In this document: positions 38,006 to 48,031 of the stretch, piece after piece
Numbering within the stretch: the stretch's first letter is position 1
Layout of the letters: each line of letters begins with the position of its first letter
DNA from: Raillietiella orientalis
Lineage: Eukaryota
DNA: 64,000 nucleotides
Assembly: GCA_036172245.1 (NCBI GenBank)
Contig: JAYWIR010000007.1
Span: 3,348,001-3,412,000 of the forward strand
Direction: 5' to 3'
The notes under the pieces: generated by a model
The model's database searches: none
The model's input: only the letters and a program-made list of their open reading frames with translations
Told to the model about the DNA's origin: nothing
Position numbers and translations under genes: made by a program

Positions 38006-39103
38006 TTATAGCTCCGGTTTGGTCACTGGTGAATGCTCCGCCATGTTGCTGCTGCTGGTGTTGCTGCTGGTGTTGCTGCTGGTGTTTAGCATCTTGTGAA
38101 GCGCGTCGAGGCACGGGTGGAGCTTGCTCCTTTAAAAGATTTCTCCGGAACATCTTTTCCAGTTCCTTCCAGTCAACTCACAGGCAGTAATGGAAGTCAG
38201 CATTCTCGTCCACGGGTTTGGAGTGGAAGCACCTCGAAGAGTCGTAAAGAATGAAGTAAGAGCATTCCACAGGGTCTGAAAAACCAAAGCGGAAGGGGGA
38301 GGGGGAAGAAGGTGGGACCCTACACGTGGAGGGCGTTCCTACTTGGCAGCGTCTTCAGCTCAGAGCGAGATGCCAGAGCTTGCAAACTCTCCAGAGCGGT
38401 CTGTAAAGGAATGATGTTCTCGCTACCGTTGTCGTTGAGGCATTCCGCATGACGGCTGCTGCATACTAAAGTCCGGAGCAAGTATCTTCGGAAAGGCATC
38501 CCTGGAATTAGGTCAGCCGCCTCTGGAAACATCTGCACTTACATGATCATTGGCTGCAAGCCGTTGGACAGGGTCACCAGCTTTCCCATCCGAAATCTGC
38601 AGAGCAAAACCTGTCTATCACATTCCCTTGGTATCTTGTCGTTCGCTGAAACTTTCAAGGAGAGGCTTCCGGAGAGGGGATCTAAAAACCAAAACCAAGG
38701 AAAGAAAGAAAAAGCAGCTTCGTGGGGTTCTCAGACCGCTGCTCTGCGCTCGGCCAAGATTCCCACGACTGTCTTCAGCAGGGAGGGTTATCCTTCGCCA
38801 GCCACCCGAGTCACATCCTCAAAAAGGATCGTTCGTCGCACTCCCTTCGTCCCATAATAACAATCACGCATCTGCCGGTAGGGAGCCTACCCATTCCAGA
38901 CTCACGGATCCTCGAGAACGACCTCTCATCACCCACAAGGTAAGGCATCGTTATCATCGTAGGGAGGAACGCGAAAGGCACGACAAGGCAAGACGAAACA
39001 CAAAAAGACAGCGTGGAACCGAAAGTATGGATGGGAAACTCTCTTTCCAGTACGTACCATTGACAGCGCAAGCAAGAAACAGAGACAGAAGCACCCAGTT
39101 CAT
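38006..39103 (-). CDS. Secreted 8-cysteine protein, paralogue A (181 aa, 5 exons; family not recognised)
   Basis: Exons 39103-39058, 38681-38543, 38485-38343, 38275-38182 and 38129-38006, all GT-AG, phases 1,2,1,2. Protein: MNWVLLSLFLACAVNDPLSGSLSLKVSANDKIPRECDRQVLLCRFRMGKLVTLSNGLQPMIIYLLRTLVCSSRHAECLNDNGSENIIPLQTALESLQALASRSELKTLPNPVECSYFILYDSSRCFHSKPVDENADFHYCLSKLHPCLDALHKMLNTSSNTSSNTSSSNMAEHSPVTKPEL. Collinear homology with paralogues B and C. Confidence 0.9.
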
Positions 39104-39179
39104 GATCCTGCCTGCAATCGGCTCACTACGATTTCGGTTCACAAGATGGCGCTCTACTTGGTTCGGTCAATTTAAGAAA

Positions 39180-39185
39180 TTTATA
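39180..39185 (-). promoter_or_regulatory. TATA box of paralogue A
   Basis: TATAAA about 77 nt upstream of the ATG at 39103. Confidence 0.5.
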
Positions 39186-40500
39186 TCGACCGCAGTTCCG
39201 CCCCGGGCGCAAAAAATTTCAGGGGGAGCATGCACGCCTCGAAACTGCACTTTTTCAAGGGGAGGGGGGGGGGGCAGTGCTGCCTTGCGGAAAGTGAAGG
39301 GGGAAACCAGGGAGGGGGTGCTTTTCTCAGTGAATTTTGAATCAGAGTCCCTCCATGGAGACACTGGAGATGTGCAAAGCAGCTCAGCAGGAATTGGAAG
39401 GGGTTTCTGAACCGAAGTGATAGAGAGTCATCGAGAAAACTGGGTAATTGGAGGTCATGTGACGCGCTGCAGAACGAGTTACCAAGTGAAACCAAGAAGC
39501 TTTAAATCCTTCCTCATTCCACGTCCCCTCTCCTACTTTCCAGCTCGACAACATCCATTTTGTTCTCGAAACCTATGGAATTCTTTTCCAAGGATCCTGG
39601 TGTGAGTGCTTCCTGAACTCCAAGACCGGAGAGGCGAGTAAACAAGCCAAAGAAGAAGCGTTTTATCTTTCCTTTCCTGGAGGCTTCTTGAATTCTGTGA
39701 TGCCCATGGCCTGCTGCTGAAGTTGAAAGCAAGCTCCAGCCTCTTTGAGGAATCACGAAACTCGGATCTTGAGAGGTTCTCTAGATCCGAGGTGGAAGTC
39801 TGTCCACGTCTATCAGCTTGGAGAAACCACTGACCTTCAAGGCAGCAGCATCCCTAGGGGAAGGGGGGGGGAACCTGTATCATTCCGAAAATCCCTCATG
39901 ATCGCAAAATCGTCCGGAAAGTTCAGAGGCTCTTCTTGGTGTTGGAACAAAAAGAAGTCTTAGAAGGGACCACGGTAAGCTAAGTTTCTGAGGTTGATTG
40001 TGGCAAAGGCCGCTCCCTTACGGTGCTGTCCGAAGACGGAGAAAGAGCAGGTCGTGGACATGTGGAACGTTCTGGAACAAGCGTAGCGTCGGGCAAGTTG
40101 GCAGAGGAACGCAAGTGCAGCCTCTTAAAAAACGGCCTAAGAACAGCTGGCTGCAGAAGTTCTCAGGAAGCTGAGAGAAAGAAAGACGCCTCACAGGTAT
40201 CCAAAATTTCCAAATCGATGGATTCCTTGGGGGTGACCAGGCACGGATTGCAATCGTCAGTGCCTCATCGTGACCACTCTTGGTCCTCAACGCTTCAACA
40301 GCGATGGCAATCAGTTCCCCTCACCCCTTTCCAGCTCGACGTTCTGCTCGGTGGAAAGGGAGATCGTCAGGGCCGGGGCAATTGGGGGAACAGCTGGGGC
40401 TTCTTCGTGCGCGCTCTGCGGCACGAGCGTGCGGCTCCGACGAAAAAAAAAGAGGCTGCGCGAAAAAAAAAAGTCCTCAGCCTGTTCCCCTCGATCCTTC

Positions 40501-40592
40501 CATGCGTACCCTGAGGACTTACTTCGAACAACGCAGCAAACCGGGTCATGCGTACCCTGAGGACTTACTTCGAACAACGCAGCAAACCGGGT
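40501..40592. repeat. Perfect 46-bp tandem duplication
   Basis: CATGCGTACCCTGAGGACTTACTTCGAACAACGCAGCAAACCGGGT occurs twice. Confidence 0.97.
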
Positions 40593-40797
40593 CACTTCTT
40601 GCGTCCCCAAGCGTCCGCCAAGAAGCCAAGTTACCCCCCTCTCCGTGACCGTTCTCAGGCCAGGTGTGTCCAGAGTGGAACCACTAATAAAAGAGTTTTT
40701 TGAGTGTGTTTTGTGTGTTTGGTTTATTTTCCCTCATTTTCAAATGAAAAAAAGAACAAAAAGCCAGAGTGAGCCTCGATGGCAGGAAGCGCGTTGG

Positions 40798-41681
40798 TCA
40801 GTCCGTCTTTGTAGTGCTCAAGTCTCCTTTCTTCATATCATCCAAGAGCTCTTTCACACATTTGTTGAGCTTCCTCCTGCAAAGGAACGCAAGAATCAGT
40901 GCCTCCATCCTCGTGCCGTCCGAACATACAGGCAGTAGCTGAAGTCGGGATTTTCAAGGGAAGGCCTGGAGTCGAAGCATCTTGGGGAGTCGAAGGTCAC
41001 AAAGTATGTGCACGTGGAAGCACCTGGAGACGGGAACCTTTTCATGTTTCGCGTAGACAAGAGCAGAAAGATTTTCGTACTTGAAATCTGCACGCGCGTG
41101 TGGGTCAGCAGCTCCCGCAGATTCTCTATGGTGCTGTCCAAAGGGACCACGTCTTGCTTGCCGTTGAACTCCAAGCACTCCCCGTAACGCTTGCTGCACA
41201 CAAGAGTTTTTGCGATGTATCTTCGGAGAACAAAATTCAAAAGACTGCACTCGGTTCTTCGTTACTCACGTGAGCAGTCGGTGCAGTCCATCCTCCAGGG
41301 TCATCATCCTGCCCACCCGATACTTGCAGAGCCCATACTGTTCCTCGCAGTCACGCAGTACGAGCTGCTCCTCAGCATCAGCAGCAGCAGCAGCAGCTTG
41401 CAGCTTGCTTTCGCAAGGAGCTGAAAGCAAAAGACCCGAGGTCAAGCAAATGGAATTCACTGCATGTCGAAAACAGAAAGGTAACTCCCGAGATGCATCC
41501 GAGGAATGCCGGTTTGGAATTGGAACTGGAGACGGAGAAGTGCAAAGGGGAGACTGGGATGAAGTACGGTAACCTTCAAGCATTGCAGGTGCCGAAAATG
41601 CAAAAGGAAAAACAAGCGAATGGTAAACATGCCGTTTAGTACAGAGAAGATGAGCAGTAACGCCAGAGACCGACTGAGCAT
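40798..41681 (-). CDS. Secreted 8-cysteine protein, paralogue B (170 aa, 5 exons; first intron GC-AG)
   Basis: Exons 41681-41633, 41420-41270, 41220-41081, 41023-40930 and 40876-40798, phases 1,2,1,2. Protein: MLSRSLALLLIFSVLNAPCESKLQAAAAAADAEEQLVLRDCEEQYGLCKYRVGRMMTLEDGLHRLLTYIAKTLVCSKRYGECLEFNGKQDVVPLDSTIENLRELLTHTRVQISSASTCTYFVTFDSPRCFDSRPSLENPDFSYCLRKLNKCVKELLDDMKKGDLSTTKTD. AATAAA at 40728-40723. The exon 1-2 junction is the least certain part. Confidence 0.85.
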
Positions 41682-43808
41682 TGCTGGCAGTCAGTACAGA
41701 CTATGGTGTCAAGCAGTTCAGAATGATTTTAAGCACCGCGGTGTCATAACACCGAAGACGCACTTTAGCTGTGGGCGTGCCGCTAGTTTGCAGGAAAGAA
41801 AAGTATGGAAGTGCACGAAGTTTCGCCAGAAGGCCCTCAGGGAAGTTTTTTCCGTGTCTCAGAGGGGAAGGGACAAGCACTTTACCTGGGACTTTTTTTT
41901 TGCGAATTCGGCTGAGAATAAAGGAGAGATTTGCGACACCCAAGAACGGATCAGCGACCCATGCATCTCTGGCATTCGCTCTAGTTTTCCATTGTCCGAT
42001 CCACGATTTCGCCCCGTGGCCGAAAATTTCGCGGTGCCGGTGACCTTGGAGAAGCCTTCGTGCTGGAGAGGTGATGCATCAATTCGTTGGCACCACGAGG
42101 AAGCGGCTGAACAGCAAAAACCTCGTCCTCTGCGGAGAGAACACGCCGTGGCTTTACATCCTGGAGATCATGTGGGATATCAGCATCTGGGCGGCAGCAT
42201 GTGCGGTTGTAATTTTAATTGTGTAGAATTGCATCACTCATTACATCACATCATGGTTTCGAAAAATCAGATCAAGTGCATAGGGCCGAAAGGGTGGAAT
42301 GTATTGCATAACACACACAGGATTGAGAGGACAGGCTCAAGCCTAACCTCTATGGAACCGACAGGATCCACCACGTAGGAATAATACATGTATGAGAGTC
42401 ACACACGAAAGATAAAGTATTTAAGATTAAGCAGATAAGATTACACATGTAGAACTGTGAATGTAGGGCTGAGTACACGGGTCAAACACATAGAACTGAA
42501 AAGGTGGCGTCACTTACGAGGGTATAAGGGGTCGGATAACCAGCAGTGAGAGCGGAATCCGCGCCAGCGCGGTTGTCTATCGTAGAGGTTTGCATATCCA
42601 CGACGGGAAGCGGGTGGCTGGCAATTGAGTGAAATTTCACGTTGATAGGGAACGCGACGGGAAGAAGTTTTCCTTCGGCAGGGACCGCGAGATCTGGCAG
42701 TGGCGAAGCTGCGTGATCGAAAGACGTCGTTCGTAGCCCCTCCAGTCCTACCAAGCGGACTGACGGGTCCTCGTGATGGTTAAGCGTCTCTTTCAACCGA
42801 ACCAAGGCAAGGCAGGCAATCTTCCCACTGGGACCGCCCCGCCGGCAAGAAAGGAGTGCAGTGGCCGTCTTCCTCCGGTGCTAAAAGACGTCCGCGGAAG
42901 CCAATGCAAGCTCGTGGGGCCGCCTCTGGGGAGACGGACGGCACGAGGAGGAACCTCCCGGTAGTAGTGGCGGAGTCCTCGGGAGCAGGAAGAGCGCTCT
43001 TGCATCGACCCAGCAAAAGGTTCGCCGGAGACCTCACTGGATCGCAGACGAAAGGACGTGTTCTGGAAGGAACGAGGGTTCAAAAGCGATTCCAAGTGCT
43101 TGCTGGCCGCCTTCACTGGGTGCATGATGGGGCTCCCGAAACTCTCGGGGATTTGGCCTCCGAAGGCGGGAAAATGGGGTGCGTCTCCTGGGGGTAGTGA
43201 AGGGGGTAAGGCAGGAGGAGATGGAGAGAGACAGGGGAGAGGAATAAGGAAAGTTGGTATGGGAGCGCCCGCGCTCGTGTGCAGGAAGGCCACCAGCTTG
43301 GACCTCCCGAGTCCTGCAAGAAGCGCTTAGAGAAAAAGTTCATCTTCGTGAGGAGCAGCAGCCCTGCATGAAGACGTCCTCATCCCTTCCGTGTCCTTTC
43401 TCGAACCGTTAAAAGCGAATATTCTTTTCTTACAGTATCCCAATTTTCGAGCAAGAAGGCTCCCTCGTTAATCTCTCTTCCTACCATAGTAGGTGGTCCT
43501 CGTCTTAGCTTCGAAACCCTTCCTCATCCGCACCCCCTTCAACGACACGCGGGAATCCTTTGCGACCGGAGGCCTCAGATCATTTGCCCTTTACCTCCCC
43601 TCCATCACCCGTCTTAAGTTTCCTCCCTCCATTCCCATGACAACTTCCTTCCCCCATGGGGAGTCTGGCTGCAAGGAGCCGCCGGCAGCCGAATGTTTTG
43701 CTTCGTTTTTGTCCTTTTGGTTCTGGCCGCTCCCTTCTGGACTCCGTCAACAGAAGACCTGTAGGGGAAGAGGAAGTTCATGAGAACACGGGGATGAGGG
43801 AGGAAATG

Positions 43809-43849
43809 CAATCTCCAGAGTGTGCACGGCGTGCACACTCTGGAGATTG
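43809..43849. repeat. Perfect palindrome, 20-bp arms with 1-nt centre
   Basis: CAATCTCCAGAGTGTGCACG-G-CGTGCACACTCTGGAGATTG. Confidence 0.97.
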
Positions 43850-45343
43850 ACATCGTGCATGGCATCCTGAAGCCCTTCCCTCGGGTCATTTGGGTTGTCT
43901 CTAGGACGGCAACCTGCAGAAGTTCCCGGCCGCTATCCCGACCTCCGTTCCCTCCTCAGAATCTGCGGCAAGGAATTATGCGGAACTTCCTCTGGATGGA
44001 AAGGACTACTTCGTTACGATCCAGCAGGAGGAGGTCGCATGAGTGTAAACTGTCCTTAGGCTAAGGAGGGAAATGGGATAGGATAAAGGACGGATGAAGG
44101 AGTCCCCAGGATATGAGACTCAGCTCTTGGAAAGCGAGCTTCTCCAAGCTTTGCCAAGATGGAGAGCAACCTCCGATGGATCCTTCCTTCTCAGAAACTG
44201 CTTGGGAAGCTCACGCTGGTGGCTGCTTTGGTATCGAGACGCATCCTTCTTCCTGGAAGTCGGTGAGCCCAGTGGACAGCTCGGACGTCCGCCGCATCCG
44301 ACCTGGAAGAGACAGCCCCCATTCCACTGCCAATTCCCTGCCCTTCGCCTTCACAAGCAGCCCTCGTCGCTGTCAGCTATGGAGGAAAGGATGGACCATT
44401 ACGTCACCCTCATCGAAAGGTCCTTCTCCTCTTTCCAGCTCCTCCTCCCGCACCTATCTCCAGTGGGGAGGCAATCTTCTCACTGGACCCTAGCGCTTCT
44501 CAGTTGCTTGGGGAATCCGATCTTCATGCCACCCTTTCCCCTTCCTGCCCCACGAATACCCCTACTCCGCATACATGAGTGCGACTGTGCTTTTCAAGGA
44601 AGCGAGGGATTGCGGAGACGGAACGGGACAGGTGGATGAACGGGAAGAGATGCTAGCGCGCTCAAACCGTCCCGGTCACCCTGACGACGAAAGGCAAGAC
44701 GTCCTCGAAGCGGGAGACGAGACTGTCTGGAAATTTCCATCCTCGTCCGCGGTGGTACCATCTCCTGGAAACAAGGAAGAGGAAAAATCTGCGCCAGTAT
44801 CTGCAAAGGCATAGAGCGCGATGGGAGGAGCAACCACGTCTCTATAGGAGACCGAGTGAATCCGGACTGGAGGAGTGACCTCTGCCATTGAAAGCTACCC
44901 TTGGCCCTGCGCTTCCCTCCGCTACAACCTCGTCCTTGGCTGGGAAATCTAGATGGGTCAGTTTTCCTTACCCCGACCTTGTTCTCGTAGGGACAGCCGC
45001 ATCACGGCCCAAGGCGACTGGTCCCTGTCCCGCTGGGCCGTCCCTCCTTTCTCTCCCGCCAGAAAGAATGTCGGGGAAGGCGAAAGGGTAAGCGTGACGT
45101 CATACCTCCCGTCGCTCAGAAAACGTAGCGGCGATAACCCCATTTCCTTCCTGCTCCATGAGGAGGAGTCCCGGAGAAGAACCATCAGCTGCCTCGAGGG
45201 GGCAAAGCATCCACATATCTCCTCCAGGCACAGAGAGGGGAGTAGTTCTTTATCTTTCCCTCTCATCCCCCTTGAGAACTTCCTTCCCCTCCCACTTCGC
45301 CCTTTTTTCCTTTCTCTTTCTTTTTTCTCTTGTTTTATTGAGC

Positions 45344-46192
45344 TCAGAAGAAGAAGTCCCTGATGAGCTTCATGTTGTCCGGACAGTCGTGTGACGGTGG
45401 CCAGACGGTGGTCCCGCCCTGGACGACCTTGAGCTCCCGGAAGACCTCTTGAACGCAGAAAGTCAGCTTGCTCATACAGTAGCGGAACTCTGGACTCGTG
45501 ACCACGGGCGGAGCGTCGAAGCAGCTGGTGGAGTCCTGGATGACGAAGTGGTCGCACGCGGACGGGCCTGCTTCGCGGGATGAGAGGATGGACGAGAAGG
45601 CAGATGGAGCGAGGAAGAGAAAGAGAACCGGCTATGTGAATCCCGTGTGACCTCCCTCCTTTCCGAAGGAGAGAAAGGGGCCCCGTCCTACCGCGGATGG
45701 TCTTCAGTTGAGGGTACGACAGCGCCAGCTCCAGGTTCACCAGCATCCCCTCCAGTAGGATGACGTCTGGGTAGTTTCTCTCCTCCAGGCACATGGCGTA
45801 GCGCTCACTGCACACCAGGCTCTTGAAGAGGTACCTGGGGGGCAGGAAAAGGTGGTCGCCCTCCCCTTCTCTCCTCTTTCTCAAGGAGCGCTGCGCACGC
45901 CATCTCACAGCAGCAGCGGATGCAGCCCATCCGCCAGGGTCACCGTCCCTCCCACGTGGTGCTTGCATATTCCGAACTGGCCCCGGCAGTCCCGGGGTAC
46001 GGGCTGATCCCCTTGGCTGGGGGAGGCCCTCACGTCCCTCTCGGCGGTCGATGCTCCTGGAAAGCGAAGAAGGTGACGGTCGGTCGACCGCAGCCCGTTG
46101 CCAGGGGAGGGGAGGGGAAGGGACCGGATCGCCTTACCGATCGGCGCCAACAGTCTCTCAAGCACCAGCAGCAGCAATATTAGCTCGCCCAT
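45344..46192 (-). CDS. Secreted 8(+1)-cysteine protein, paralogue C (189 aa, 4 exons)
   Basis: Exons 46192-46138, 46056-45909, 45834-45692 and 45567-45344, GT-AG, phases 1,2,1. Protein: MGELILLLLVLERLLAPIGASTAERDVRASPSQGDQPVPRDCRGQFGICKHHVGGTVTLADGLHPLLLYLFKSLVCSERYAMCLEERNYPDVILLEGMLVNLELALSYPQLKTIRGPSACDHFVIQDSTSCFDAPPVVTSPEFRYCMSKLTFCVQEVFRELKVVQGGTTVWPPSHDCPDNMKLIRDFFF. AATAAA at 45339-45334. Confidence 0.9.
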
Positions 46193-46293
46193 GACCTCCC
46201 CGCGTGTGTGCTGAGTCCGTCCCTGAGCACGCGCGCGTCTGCCGTCCTTCCCGGAGCGTCACGCAAACGGCTGGACGTCCCAGACGGCCGCGC

Positions 46294-46300
46294 TTAAATA
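46294..46300 (-). promoter_or_regulatory. TATA-like element of paralogue C
   Basis: TATTTAA in otherwise GC-rich sequence, about 100 nt upstream of the ATG at 46192. Confidence 0.4.
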
Positions 46301-47979
46301 CACGCGCGGCCCTCCCCCCTTCCCCAACCGGTCTCCCCGAGGGCAGCGAGGGAGGGGTCGCAGAAGCAGCAGCAGCAGCACGAGCGGCGGGAAGTCGCCC
46401 CAGGCGCCACGGGTGCACCATCTTCGCGCCGCCTCGCTGCTTACTGCTTGCAGGCAACAACGAGGGGCTGTTGCGAAGCCGCGGCTCCCTCCCCCTCCTT
46501 TCTGCCTCTGTCCCGCGAGAGGGAGAAGAAGCCACTGCCTGGATTCTCTTTGCGAGAAAGAGAGGGAGGGGGAGAGGGAGGACAGGCCCTGTTTCGTCCA
46601 CCCCAGGAGATGTGGGCAGGAGACGGGTCAGCGTCGACGTCCTTGGTCGGGTCGTGCCCGTCCACCGACCGGAGCACCAGGCAAATGAGACATGGGCTCA
46701 GGAGGGGTTTAGGAGCCGGAAAGGAAGGGAGGGGGAGAAAGAGGAAGGAATGAGGGAGGGACTCCTCCCCTCCCCCACGTAGGGACTTCCGCAACGCTCC
46801 CATCTCCTGGGGTTTTCCGGAAAGCGCGCGTAGCACGCACGTGGCTTCCTGAGGTTCTTCCGGGAGTGCGGCACGCTCGTGGCTTCCAGGCAATTCCGAG
46901 CAAGGATCGAGTACGATTCCCAACCGGATCCAGCTGGCCCCCACGCGCCGGGAGGAGGAGGAGGGGACAGAAGAGACGATCATGGACACGAAGGCTAATT
47001 AAAGGTCAAAGGGTGGTGGAAGGAATAAGAGAAGGTAGCTACGATCGGCGGTATCAAAACCCATAAAATTGCGGAGTAGCAGCTGATGATCACAATGGTG
47101 TGGTGATGACGTGGTGGTTGCATCCATGGCCGTGATTACCAGCAGTCTCGCCAAAGCGGCAGCTTTATAGCGAAAAGCATCGTTGCGACCGCAAATGCAT
47201 TTCTGCCAAAGAGAAAAGCGGCAGCCATAGTAACAGGAAATTCTAACAACGGTATGCGGTTAGCAGCAGCAGCAGTCATTGTAAGCGCTAGAAACAAGAA
47301 ATGGTTAATGACCACTGATCGTGAACACGCACATCTAAATAATAGAAATGGAATAAATGCTTAGGATTGTGGGTAATGGTGATTAGAACAATAACAGCAG
47401 TCGTGCCAAATGTAGACGAAGAGCAGGCAGCGACAGGCAAGCAGACCAGCCCAGTGCCCACGGCAAGAGGCAGTGAGTCGCAGCCTGAAGCAGCAAACAG
47501 AAGGCTGTCAATGAAAGCTGTTAACAGGTGTATAAATGGCACATACATTAATTATGTATTAATTTCGCTATTTTTCCAGCCCCCCCTCCTTCCCTCACCC
47601 GCTGAGAAGCCAGGATCAGCTGCGCACGGGTTCGAAACCTGCAGTGACCCCCGTCCTCCGTGCTGTGGTAACTCTGGAGACCGCAGGGGTATCGAAACTC
47701 CTACATCCGTTCACCCGCACGGTTCGACACCTTCCGGAAAAGTACTGGAGCGAGCGGAAGTGTGGTTAGAAGAGTGGCGCTCCGAAGAATCGCCCTTGGA
47801 GCCCGGGAAGTCTGCTTCAGGCCTGGCGGCGCTGAGTGCCGGTGCTGCACGTGCATCACGAGGGAATTCTGCGGATGACCCAGGCACGGATCCTGCATTC
47901 ACCGTTAGAGCGAGTGGGGCCGGCGCTGCTGAGAAAAACCTGCCAGTGAGGTTGAAAGGAAACCCATACGAGTTCAAAG

Positions 47980-48031
47980 GAAACCTTTTGAGACCTAGTG
48001 GAGACTTCTCCACTAGGTCTCAAAAGGTTTC
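47980..48031. repeat. Perfect inverted repeat, 25-bp arms with 2-nt loop
   Basis: GAAACCTTTTGAGACCTAGTGGAGA-CT-TCTCCACTAGGTCTCAAAAGGTTTC. Confidence 0.97.

Noticed and set aside
37908..38153. Poly-Q/His ORF (HQQQHQQQ)
   Set aside because: An alternative frame of paralogue A's last exon plus the (CA)n microsatellite.
38550..39410. 286-aa plus-strand ORF
   Set aside because: Antisense to paralogue A exons 1-2, low complexity, non-ATG start.
40501..40592. CRISPR-like array
   Set aside because: Two adjacent copies with no spacer in a eukaryotic context: a simple tandem duplication.
43860..44600. Another non-LTR RT remnant on the minus strand (YPISLLS)
   Set aside because: A single motif echo with no supporting downstream RT motifs.
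44958..45968. 336-aa single ORF in the track
   Set aside because: It is a chance read-through. Only 45834-45692 is the true coding frame (paralogue C exon 3); the rest is intron, out-of-frame exon or UTR.
47620..47740. tRNA-like GGTTCGAAACC motif or ribozyme
   Set aside because: Only a B-box-like word. I could not build a cloverleaf or an HDV/hammerhead fold by eye.
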